Shown one piece after another: positions 40,601-52,730 of a stretch of 64,000 nucleotides of DNA; the stretch's first letter is position 1, and each line of letters begins with the position of its first letter. The position numbers were made by a program, and so were the translations under genes. The notes under the pieces are model-generated. The model ran no database searches, was not told the origin of the DNA, and saw only the letters and a program-made list of their open reading frames with translations. The DNA is taken from positions 6,386,001 through 6,450,000 of the forward strand of contig OZ176053.1 in NCBI GenBank assembly GCA_964247055.1. Reading direction: 5' to 3'. Origin of the DNA: Paragordius varius. Lineage: Eukaryota > Animalia > Nematomorpha.

Positions 40601-43087
40601 TCGCAACAAACACCAAGTCCTAAGCCAGATTGGGATCCAAATAATATTATGCAACAGAATCAAATGGTGAATGAAGCGCAACATCAACAATTTCTGGCAG
40701 CCGCATATTTCATGTATTGTCAACAACAATCGTATATGGCATCTCTTGCCGCAAAAGGAGGACCTCAAAATGGCCCGCAACCGATCAACCAAAATTCACT
40801 GTCCAAAAATCAAGATGATGGATTAAAAGCTTCAAAACAGCCAAATAGTATGCCTGATCCAACTGGAATGAAAATTCACCGCGATCAGGATGACGCGGTG
40901 TTAGCTATGTGCACAGAAATAAAAACGATTCCATCAAATAAAATTGTCAAAATCGATAAAGATCAACATGAAGATGATAATAAAAATTATACATCGTCTA
41001 GTTTGGGTATTGGTATGAAATGTAGCACAAACGCTATTACTAGCAGCTTCTCTAAAAATGTTAATACGACAAAAATAAATATACCTGGGCTAAGCGAATA
41101 TGTTGCATCTTTACCACCACCTGCGTGTACCCATAATATAAACACATTGCCTTACATACCCAGGACGGAGAAATTTGTTTGCTCATCATGCGATAAAGTA
41201 TTTATGAAACAAAGTCAACTCACGCTCCATTTAAACGTACACTTGTTAGAGAAACCGTTTAAATGTGAAGCTTGCCAATCGTCGTTCCGTAACAAGGGTA
41301 TGTTGCAAAAACACAGGTGTATGGCTAAACTTAAAACAACTTCATCATTTTTATCCCAACACAGCCATCGAATGCGCTCTCGATATTCTGATGATATGAC
41401 CCCATTAGCCCAGGAACAACTTAATGGGGAAAATAATGCCTCGGAAGGGGCCAGTGTATCTTTGTTGTCAAACAATGTACATAACTTATCATACCATGAG
41501 ACCATAAATGATGCAATATCGTCTGTCCTTAATTTTGCAAACTTGCAATCACAATCCCTAGCCCATTCATCAAGCAACAAAATGGATGAAAATTGTTCGA
41601 ATAATCTCAGCAGTAATAATATTATCATGCCTAAAAATAATAATACTGGTGCTAGCACTAAAAAGAACAATAATTTAGGCGATCAAATGCATACCGTAAG
41701 TAAAAACAATACGTTAAACACTGATCCTCGTCCCTTTAAATGTGAAGATTGTCAGGTTGCTTTTCGCATTCAAGGTCATTTATCCAAACATCTGCGATCG
41801 AAAATGCACATTACTGGTTTAGAGAAAAATGGGAAAGTTCCAATCGGCACCTACGCGTTTTTTGATCAAAGGGCCAGCTTAAATGACATTGACACAACGA
41901 GTTGTACGGCATCCTTAGGTATTGTATTGATAATATAATTTTGCATACCATAAATTTTATTAATAGTAAATATCATAAAATAAGGGTTTAAAGTGAAAAG
42001 GAATGAACAGTTTAAACTCTTTTATTTAAGACATAAACTAAAAACTCAATGACTGTTTTTTAATTAATCCCGATTTTCACAACCTTAATTTATTTAAGTT
42101 TTATAACAATTAAGGGTTTCAAATTGTAAAAAAAAGACATTATCTTAGTTTTTAAGTCCAGCGCTCTCTTTAAAACAGTTTAAAGTGTCTTTTTTTTAGG
42201 TTTTATATTGTAATTATCTGTGGATCATATAATATTTTTTATTTCAGTCACATATAATATTATTATCATTTTATATATAATTTATTCATACATGATTTAT
42301 AGAGAGTTTGCATAAGTTGTTGAAACAAAATGACCTATTCACTCAAACGGCCACAACAATTACTACTTCAGCACTTGGTAAAAATTCAATAGTTGGCCCA
42401 ATCATGTGTCAACCGAATGAGGAATCATGCATGTCTAGCGATTTATCCATTAAATTAAATAATTCTACCACTGAGAACCCTGTGACAAAAATATGTGTTT
42501 CACCCATTTTTACACAACAAGCTAATGATAAAACTTTCGTATCTACTAATAACAAAACGACAAATATAGAAGAATCGAATCCTTTGGACAATTATAAAAG
42601 CATTGATACCTCAATCTCATTTGCTGAAAAATTATTATCCACCTCTTCAAGCGATAATAATGTTGCAGGAAATATTGGCACTTCAAAATCGATCCCTCCA
42701 CCTCCCAAAAAACGCCATCTTGCAATATTAACCAATAACGCATCATCGAATGATTGTTTGCAATCATCAAATTTAAATATTGGGCATACAGAACAAAATG
42801 AAACCGATAAGGGCCAACAACAACACACAAACAATGTAAAAACAAAAGACAAAAAGAAAAAATCCGAAATCAATGATACACCTATAGAGGAAGACGAATA
42901 TACTAGATTATCCAATCTTACCCATTCATCATCTAAATCAAATAATGTGGGAACGAATGGTGAAAAAACCATCGTAGCAACAAACTCAAGCACCCCAAAT
43001 CACCCCAATGAACATACAAATGATGCCTTGTACAATCTTGATATATTATGTTCAGCCACCAGTTTTTGTAAAAAAATTAATGCCTAA
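31605..43087 (+). CDS. shn: Schnurri/SMA-9/HIVEP-like C2H2 zinc-finger transcription factor, about 1365 aa
   Basis: CSSCDKVFMKQSQLTLHLNVH, CEACQSSFRNKGMLQKH and DPRPFKCEDCQVAFRIQGHLSKHLRSKMH...GKVPIGTY...DIDTTSC match the C-terminal triple-finger cluster of Drosophila Schnurri. Proposed exons: 31605-32877, 37166-37338, 39502-39559, 40110-41918, 42303-43087 (4098 nt, phases consistent). The last two exons are high confidence; linkage of the first three is inferred. Confidence 0.75.
35880..36400 (+). repeat. Uninterrupted copy of dispersed repeat R1 (shn intron 1)
   Basis: ggtattaagccgaattt...ctttagccttttaggcgcattat...gctaatgcaataggc matches 3395-3560 and the flanks of the Helitron at 749-1622. 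Confidence 0.6.
37765..38823 (+). mobile_element. Decayed mariner (Mos1/mauritiana-like) transposon in shn intron 2
   Basis: Broken-frame translation gives AMGK..WVPHNLNEHQIENRKVICEILVQRHKKKSF, GSDEK*, PNRF..MLCVW*DQRGIIYNELLK, VILLHDNA, PSD, FASM and KCVEAD. These follow the order of the Mos1 DD34D transposase. 3' TIR remnant aaacttatgattacacctct; 5' remnant aggaaatcataag. Multiple stops and frameshifts. Confidence 0.9.
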
Positions 43088-44139
43088 ACATGGCTATTAT
43101 TGGTGACATAGTTTATACCATGAACAAAGTCTTTATTAGGAAAATCCTTTACATTTTTCAAAACTATAGATAAAAAAGAATTGTGGTGCATATATACCTA
43201 AATATTTGACGCATTATAGATAACCATATATTTTATGATTGTCCCTGAAATTTGATATTCTTTGACCATATAATATGATTGTAAATTCAAATTGCCTATT
43301 TTTTGTGTAATATTAAAATGAAACAAACATTTGAATATTTGTAAGATACATTTGCATTTTGCCGATTAACTTTTTGTTTATCATTGCATTAAAAATCCTA
43401 ATACCCTATATGGGTTTTAAATTTATAACATTAGACAACTATAAATTTTATGCTACTTTTCGCTTAGAATTTTATAATTTTAGTTGGTTAGTCATTTTAC
43501 ATAGATATTACTATTCTCTTATATTATGTAAATTGTGTGAGAAGCATTTGATTTTTTTGTGCTCACCTATCATTTATATATAAAATTATTTGTTAATAAA
43601 TAATTATATAAAATATAACCTAATTAGGTTTAATTTGCCTTAAATTGAATGCGATAGAAATTTATAATATAATCTAAAAAAAATATTAATCAATTATGCT
43701 AATAGAATATATTTTTACATCGATTTTTGGTCAAAAATGTTTGTATTTGTCGAATTTTCGTAAATTTTTACTTCCTCCTGATATCATAATTCACATTTAT
43801 TTATTAAGACTTCTTGATTTTATTTATAAAATTTTGTAAAATTAATTAGAAAAACCAAGATTTATTTTGCAATTTTAATAACGTTTTTAAATATAATATC
43901 AAGGTCCTCTTTAAGAAAAATTACGGTGGTCGCATCTTAAAAACTAAAGCTCTAGTTTTATATTTCATCAGCATGAGTTGATTATAGGTAAAAATAACTA
44001 GCAGGAAAATGATTATAAACGTGGATAATGTTATAAACCTGGGATTCATTTCGAAATTATATACAGTATGCATTTTGGCGTCTACCAGCTAATTTTATAA
44101 CCAGCCAAATGAAAAAAATGGTTTAGCAAATGTTAATAT

Positions 44140-45280
44140 TAACACACAAAATTATTTCGTACTGCTTATAAGAAAGAGGATCGAAGTGATTTACATAGGC
44201 TTAATTTGATGATTTTGTCTTACTAAATTTTGTAAATATTATAGCAATTTTCGTTTACATTTTATTTTATTGTTGATACATATTTAAATGCGGAATTTTG
44301 TGGATTTAATAAATATAATGGAAATTTTTATTGATTTTTGTTAATTATTACTAATGAAAATAAATTATTTAGATTTTTATTGATAAATACTTGTATATTT
44401 ATATTTTGATTGTTTTATATTGTTAATTTAATTAATGTAGATATTATTTTTCTCTGATTTTTATATTTTGCGTCGTTAATTATTTATAATTATTTAATAT
44501 TTTTAAATTGATAAATACAGGTAAAAATAATACGGTGTGTAATAATTATTAAATATTTTTGATAGAGAAATTTTTGCGGTTTTCAATGTATTCAGTAAAA
44601 AATATTTTTGTTTAACAATGATAATTATTATTAAATATAAATTAGCGGTTTTAAAATATTGAGGAAGTATTTGTTTTTGTTTTACATTGTTCATATTCTA
44701 AATGATGAGCAATTATTGAAATAATTACTAAATATAAAAAATTTATTTAAATTAGTCGGATATTATAAATGTATAAATATCAAATACAATAATATTAATG
44801 TCGGAAAATTCTTTTTATGTTGCTGTTTTTGAAATAAACCTATATTTTTATCAATATAAAAAATAGTTAATAATTATAAATAAATAACAATGCAAAAGAT
44901 AAAAAAACAAAATTAAATATATATATTCAAACCCGAATATTTTTACCTGTATATTTAATAATTATAAATAATTAACAAGAAAATGAATAAAATACAAATT
45001 TTATATAGAGGTATTTATCAATATTTAAAAAAATATTAGTAATTAATTTTAATTAGTGATAATTTACAAAAAAATCAAAAAATACCTATTTTACATATTC
45101 GTTAATTTATTTATAATCCATAAATTTCCGCATCAAAATACGCATCAACAAAATTCAAATACTAGCGAAAATTGATATATTCACAAAATCTAGCAATAAA
45201 AAATATCCATCAAATTAAGCACATCAATCAATCCTCTTTCATATAAGCAGTAAGAAATAATTTTGTGTGTTAGTATTTTA
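44140..45280. repeat. Large degenerate AT-rich inverted repeat
   Basis: ttaacacacaaaattatttcgtactgcttataagaaagagga (about 44138-44180) mirrors tcctctttcatataagcagtaagaaataattttgtgtgttag (about 45232-45273). gcggaattttgtggat mirrors atccataaatttccgc. The centre is at about 44750-44800. Confidence 0.7.
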
Positions 45281-45349
45281 CCAATTGGACCATTCCTTTC
45301 AACAATAAAATTAGTTAACAGACACTAAAATGAATACTGTAATATATAC

Positions 45350-45474
45350 CATTTCCCAGTCTAAATAAACATTTTCCCAGTCAATCGAAACATTTTCTCA
45401 GTCAATCGAAACATTTTCCCAGTCAATAAAAACATTTTCCCAATCAATAAAAACGTTTTCCCAGTCAATAAAAA
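45350..45474 (+). repeat. 21-bp minisatellite, 6 units (CRTTTTCCCAGTCAATMRAAA), left TIR
   Basis: Units counted directly. Confidence 0.9.
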
Positions 45475-45831
45475 CGGTTTTATTTTTGATGATAAATATC
45501 AAAACAAGATATAAAAATAACTTTTAACCATTATCATCGTAATATTAGGATATTATTTTTTATAAAAACACAATTATTATATGACAATTCTAAATATATT
45601 CCAGTGCACAATCATCAATGACTTATTCTTTAAAAATTATATTTTTGGAATTTGAGATGTTTTTAAGATAAGATTTTTTATTAATGGTTCGCATTAATAT
45701 TTGCCGAACGCTTCAAAACAGTTTTTAAACATTTCAAGTTTTTCCATTAGAATACTGTCGGAAAAAAATTCTAAACAAAAATTTTTTTCGATAAATTTAA
45801 AAATATTAAGTAAAAAGATATTTGACTAAAA

Positions 45832-46105
45832 CAGTGGTGTCTAACCAAATGGCTTTGCGGGCCGCATTACTCAAAAAGCACAGCGTTCCGTTCGATATAT
45901 TTCATAAATAATTTTTCGATTAGACGTAATACTTTAAAATACAAAAATATAACAATTTTTTTTAATTTGTTACAAATTTAACAGACTCATTTATTATAAT
46001 TGCGTAAGAAATATGAAAATTACTAAGATTTTGTGATTTTATGGATTTCTAAATTTTTAGCTGGCCGCACAAAGATACTCGGCAGGCCGCGTTGGGCACC
46101 CGATA
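45832..46105. mobile_element. Degenerate hAT-like MITE in the foldback spacer
   Basis: 5' CAGTGGTGTCTAAC...GCGGGCCGCA and 3' GGCCGCGTTGGGCACCC are typical Charlie-like ends. No clear TSD. Confidence 0.5.
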
Positions 46106-46482
46106 AACCAAATGATAAATATTAAAATTAGGGTAAAATTTATGTTTAAGATCCAATAGGAGGTGTTAAATGACCTTTCAGATAAAAATGGTATATTTTT
46201 ATAAATTTTATTATTTAATCCGTAACTATAGATTTTATAATTTAGCCACAGATATTGATGCGAACCATCGATAAAATAAAAAATCTTATCTTAAAAACAT
46301 CTCAAATTCCAAAAATATAATTTTTAAAGAATAAGTCATTAATGATTGTGCACTGGAATATATTTAGAATTGTCATATAATAATTGTGTTTTTATAAAAA
46401 ATAATATCCTAATATTACGATGATAATGGTTAAAAGTTATTTTTATATCTTGTTTTGATATTTATCATCAAAAATAAAACCG

Positions 46483-46692
46483 TTTTTATTGACTGGGAAA
46501 ACGTTTTTATTGATTGGGAAAATGTTTTTATTGACTGGGAAAATGTTTCGATTGACTGAGAAAACGTTTCGATTGACTGGGAAAATGTTTCGATTGACTG
46601 GGAAAACGTTTCGATTGACTGGGAAAACGTTTTGTTTGATTGGGAAAATGTTTCGATTGACTGGGAAAACGTTTATTTAGACTGGGAAATGG
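46483..46692 (-). repeat. 21-bp minisatellite, 10 units, right TIR
   Basis: Units such as tttcgattgactgggaaaacg counted directly. This is the reverse complement of the left array. Confidence 0.9.
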
Positions 46693-46966
46693 TATATATA
46701 AAAAAATTATAGTGCCAATATATGTTAGAATAAAAACGAACATAGATTTGTTTTAACCTAAAAATGGAGATATTGATAAATAATTTATTACATTGTCACA
46801 TATACATTGTAAATATGATTAATTACATAGCTGGTATCTGATATATAACCTTATGTAATTAGCTAAAATAATAAGTCACATATATAAATTTTGGCATTTT
46901 TATCAGGATTGCGCTAAATGTTTAATTATAATAACTATCGATTTCTTCCTTTCAATAAAAGAAAAA

Positions 46967-49900
46967 TCAAAAATTTTGCAAAATATTGCACAAAAAGGCT
47001 TTTCGTTTTTTATCTAAGAGATACTGTTGATGAAGTAATAATTCATTAGTTAACATATCATTGACAATATGAGAATTATCCTTGGATGATCCTGTAACAT
47101 CAACTAATTTGGCAGAAGGTCGTATCAATATACGCCCAAAGATTGAAGCTAATTATTAAATAATTAAATCAAATCCATAATGATTTTTACTTTAAAAAAT
47201 AAGTATGTGATAATCAATATAAGAGAGAACAATTTAAAATATACCTAATAATTCATAGCTAACGCCATTTTGCGAAGAATAATCTAACAAGCATTGCAAA
47301 AATGCGACCAAAAACTTAAGAGTATCACGATGTACTAGAGGCATTTTGTCCATTATCTAAATATGTAGGGAAAGAGTTTTATTTATTTTTTTAACCTTAA
47401 ATACGCTTAACAACATTCAAATACATCTAAAAGAGAAAAACCGATACGGGGGTTAAAAATTATCGTAAATATAAATCACTTTAATCTTATTATTACTTGG
47501 ATTTTATAAAACTGGGCTAATTTTAGCAATTGTGATGGTTTAAAATTTGTAACCAATAATAAAAAGTAAAATAATCATTAAAACTTATTTTATTGATTAA
47601 AATAATATCAGTACACAGTCTAAAATTCCAACGTTCCGCCGTAAATATTATAATTGAATAATAAATTTGATCTATAAAAATGTTGATTTACTTCTCCAAT
47701 ATGGGGAAAATTTTCATTAATATTCTTACGAACCCTCCTACGAGCAGGCGGAATTGGCAATGATGTTATATTGTTGGGGTTTTGTTTGGCATTATTGGTT
47801 GATGCATGAAATGTATGTGTTGAATGATGATTGTGATGGTCTTTAGTTATTTGCCCTAATATATTTATCAAAGTAAAAATGATTGGAATGCCTTTTTTTT
47901 AAATGAGACGATTGGCAAAAAAAATATTAAAACAGTAATGAAACTGATTTTAAAACCGAAAAAACCTTTAAACGGTCCTGAAGCCGTATATAATTTGTTT
48001 TCTTTTTTAAATCAATCAAATATTGGCTTTTTTATTGGAATTTTATTATAAAATTATTAATTGTTAAGATTTTTTCAGAAAAAATATAATATATTTATAT
48101 TTTTATGGTTAGACGGTAAGATTAAATAGACAATAAAATAAAACAAATTTTCCTAATATAACATTTCGTTTTAGGCTAATAAATAAAAACGTAAATTGGT
48201 AACATAAAACATTATATGCAATTGTAATCATAAATGTTATAAAGGAAAAATCGCGGTTCAAAAAAGTATAGCTGTATTAAAAAAATATTTGTCCTCTATT
48301 TTCTTTGTCTAAATATTTTAAATTTTTGCTATAAAAATATTTTATTTTATCACACACTCTAATGACTAAAAGGCATATCAAACCTTCTAAATTAGTTTCA
48401 TCAACCTCTTCATCAACGTGCAAAACAGTAGAAACCAAATTTTCATAAAATTTGACTGGAAAGACGGGTTCGCGCAAAGCTTCGAGAAATATTATAAGCG
48501 CATCGCAAATGGAATGGACGTCGCATTCTGTAATATGGAGAGATTAAATTTATTTTTTTCCCCATAAAATATAAAAATTGAAAATATAATCAAAACGAAA
48601 AAAATATACATGTAAAAGTCATAACTCTTCTTTAAAAAGGAAATAATAATATATGAATGATTTCAAATGCAAAAACAATAGAAAAAATTAAGAGACAAAC
48701 AAACATGTTTAACTTTAAATTATAGTTATGATACCTTTAATTAATGAGGTGCCAAAGTCAAGCGAATCTCGAATTACATTTATCTCTTCGATTGGCCCAG
48801 GTTTTTGAAACAAATCTGGCTAAACCAAAAATTTAATTTTCTCATAAGTTTAAATTTTAAATACTTAAACAAAATTTATTAATTGAACCTAACTCGCGCC
48901 GTTAATAACACTAATCTTCCTGATAAAATGTATTTTATTGATTATTTGAAAAAAACACCCTATTTTAATTTAAAACCTTTTATATTATTGATATACTAGC
49001 TGTATATTCAACCCTAAGAAAGCCATCTATAAAACCCCTATATCTTACTGATTTACAATATGGTGTTTTTATTTGGGGATTATTCTTTTTAATGGTTAAA
49101 ACTTAGCTTTAGAAGTTGGCTATGACCTTATTTTTGTCCATATAAATAGATTGTATTGCAGTCTTATAATGACAAATTTAGCTTGTATATACATTATTAA
49201 ATGCCCTTTGTAAATTGATTATATATAAATTATGTATAATGGTTAAAATATACCGCTTTTATCCCTCGTTCCAAAATTTGTGCTACCATAATCCAAATTT
49301 CGCACGGGACATGTGCGTTGAGATCTAGGAGCGAAAATGATAAGTAATTTTTAGATTCTATATATTTTATTGCATCCTTTTTATGATTTTGCAGAATAAG
49401 ATTGGTCGGGATATCAGTTTGCGCAGTGGGATCATTTACTGCATGTTGGGATAATTCGTCGTCAAACTACATTGCAATATGGTAAAAGTATTTAAATTAT
49501 TGCATACATGAAAATATGGAATCATAAACACAAAACAAGACTAATATTTCTTTGTAAAGATCAAAAAATTTTAACCTTGATTTTTTTATGCATAACCAAT
49601 TGTTTGAGTCCCATAATAGGGAATAGATATGTAAATTGACGCCACCTCAAATATATAGCAAATTGTGATTATTATTTAGGTTATATAAAATATCAATTAA
49701 AAAGTATGGATGTCTACAGGAAATGTGAAATTAATTTGGAAAAACCCCAAGTCCAATAGTTGTGTAATAAGCTAACACGCACGAAACTAGTAATTACCAT
49801 TGATAATAGTTTTCTTGTATCGCTTTATATTAAATTTTTTATTACAATTTGTTTTTTTAGCAATTTTGCAATTTTTTATTGTTAATAAATTACTATGTAA

Positions 49901-52693
49901 TTGTAAAAAACTTACATATAGTTAAAATAATTGTTTCATGTTACAATTCACACAAAAATTAATAAACTTAATAAATTCGTTTTTTATTTATATAGAAATT
50001 CGGATAATGATATGAAAAAATTAAAACCAAATCTATCAACGGTTTTTCAACCGCACTATGGTAGGGAAGAGCGCCCTTTTCCACCATTTCTTCCAAAGAT
50101 GCTCCGAAACAACTTTTTACATACGTACCGATAACCGATATGTGTAAAGGGCAACGGATATTTAACAAAGAGTTAAGGTTAATAAACTTAAAAAAAGGGG
50201 TAAACTATACTTTAAAAGTTGTATAACAAAATATATGAAAAAAAAGGATATGAAAAAATCTTTTCCGTTTTCCAAATGCAATATAAGTATATCGTCAAAT
50301 GAATCAGCGCCAGAATTCAAGAGGGGTGCTTGTGTTTTTGTGACGCAACATGTGATTGCTATGGGACATTCTTCGCCTTTAAAAAGGAACAAAAAACTTT
50401 ATAACAAAGTATTTTTGATTTTAAACCCCATATAATGTGATTACAACTATCTTATTTATTCTTTTAGCGTAAAAAATTCCAAAATATCTAAATGTATTAA
50501 ACAAAAACATAAATGATAAAATGGTCTTATAAAACAAAATATATCCGTATTTTGCAGTTTTAATATCGAAATATTAATTAAAAAAATCGTTTAAATTTCA
50601 ATTGAATTGGTATGATAATCACCAAATAACTTTCTTAAATTTAAAAAAAAAAGATGACACTCTGAAAAGTTTAAATATGATTTCAATATAAAATTCTATA
50701 TTAATAAAACTCATTATTAATATGAAATATATGTTTATAGTATAGTTTATATTTTTTCAGTATTATTTTAATTTAAAACAAAATTTTTATTTTTTAAAAA
50801 ATATATAAAATATAGGTAATTTTTAATCTTAAAAACATATATTTTATTTGAGGGTGAATTTGAATTGTTCGAGGGTGAATTTCAATTGTTCAAGGGTGAA
50901 AATGAATTGTTTAAGGGTGAAATTGAATTGTAAATGGTATATAATTATTTAATGCCAGCCAAATAGATTGAGAAAATTAATTATTGAATATATTTATTAA
51001 TCAAAAGCAAACTTAATATTTTGGACAAATATACAGTTATTAAAAAAACTTACCTGGGTAAATAAAATTAGATTCGGCATATTTGTGGGGAGAAATCGAA
51101 AGCCATGATTTACATAAAACCTTGGTACCAAATTTGGGTGTAAATTCGAATTGAAGTGGGACCTGTCCGACATTCGTCAAAGTGATATGTTTAGTTTTCT
51201 TCTCCATGAAATGCGTTTTATTAAAATTAACCTGCAAAAATATAAATATTTAAAAATTTATATGCGGCGATTGAAAAATTAATATATATTCGGATTAATA
51301 AATTATTCATTTTTAGTTTATATTTAATTTTATTTTTACGTTTGACAAAAATTACTTGTCGTAATGAAAATTCACTTTAATAAATTCATTCAATTTAGCT
51401 GATTATAATCCCAATATTAATATTATATATATTATTTTAAACAAAATATTAAAGAATGTGTGTAACCATTGAATTTATTCGTGATTATATAAATATTAAT
51501 AAAAATTACTTCCAAAGTATCTAATTCGGCATGTGGTAAATATTCATTTTCAATTTTATCAATATTTTTCATAGCATGCTCATACACCTGTTTAAAGCGG
51601 CTTTGGTCTGTAATATTGAGCTGTAAAGATGACAAAAAGTTTATGATAAAAACAAAAAGTTTCATTTGTGATTTTAGGATAGAACCCATAAAGACCATAT
51701 ATAATATAAAGAGCAAAAAATCTTTCATACATACCTTTAAATTAAACAGAGCGCTAACTGGTTTATGATCACTGAGCCTTAATTTTGGATGACTTCGATA
51801 CCGGATAAGAATAATTTTTTCAGGATTCAGGGATCGCCATAGAATTCTATCACACCATGAAGGGACACGTGCTTTTTCACTGAGTACAAAATAAAAATTG
51901 TTTTTAATTCATTATAATAATCTCAACAATAAATTTGATAGATATTTAAAACATAAATTTTGGTATATAGTTATTTCGTTATGCGTATAATTATTTATAA
52001 AACATTAGGATATATATTAGTAATCATAATGATTTAAAACAAATTTATATAAAACTAACCTAGTATCATAATGATCAGTTCCCGGATCATATTTATAGGT
52101 TGGGGGGAAATCAATGGGTCCCTCTTCGAAACCGTCAAATATTCTTCCGAATTCTTTTTGGCGAGATAACTACAGAAAATAATATTTATGTAAGGCCGAT
52201 TGAAATAAATATTAACACAAAAATTATGCGCCAAATACTTAATATTGAGCATTTTAAACTAAAAGTAAATTAATATTTTGAAGTTAGGTAACTTAAATTA
52301 TATGAATAAAGAGTATGTGAAAAAAATAGTTGACAAATCGTTATTTAATACAAAAAAATATTTTCTAAAAATTAAAACAGATCATATTGGAATGTTTTCA
52401 TATTATTAATTATTCATCAAAATAAATCACTTGATCAAATTTCATGAGCGTATCAATTTGATTGTTTGATATTTGTTCCTTAGCATGTGATTGATTATCG
52501 ATATCGATGCGGTAATTTAGATCACCAAACCAAAATAAGTAACTATTTTTAATTTATGTAGCAACAAAATTGTAATAAATTAAAAAGACAAGGATAATAA
52601 ATATTTTACTCATGATCCAATATACTAATGCCACCAAATTGATTGAATTGAATTTTATTGGCTATATCATTATAATCCTATCGAAAAAAAAAC

Positions 52694-52730
<37 letters not shown>

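Larger units (their letters stand above)
45347..46694. mobile_element. Young TA-flanked foldback element with long TIRs (about 336 and 420 bp)
   Basis: TA|TACCATTTCCCAGT...ACTGGGAAATGGTA|TA. Arms 45347-45682 and 46275-46694 are nearly perfect reverse complements and differ by 84 bp, i.e. four 21-bp units. No transposase ORF. Confidence 0.85.

Noticed and set aside
45455-45467. Match to the M13 forward primer (GTTTTCCCAGTCA), suggesting vector contamination
   Set aside because: Only 13 nt match, the continuation differs (ATAA/ATCG versus CGAC), and the motif is part of variant tandem units within TIRs.
46483-46692. CRISPR-like array, or a repetitive ORF (46489-46680, TGKMFRL repeats)
   Set aside because: The 21-bp units are contiguous with no unique spacers, the context is eukaryotic, there are no cas genes, and the array is mirrored in the opposite TIR. 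The ORF is a by-product of a stop-free 3n repeat.
47672-47691. Possible 20-nt intron in OCRL (GTAAATCAACATTTTTATAG)
   Set aside because: It yields IKFIIQL then a stop before the remaining RhoGAP exons. The phase-0 splice to 47356 fits the homology.
49290-49325. Hairpin plus CTAG resembling a Helitron end (also a GC-rich stretch at 48465-48485)
   Set aside because: Both fall inside OCRL coding exons (VPCEI and EALREPV).
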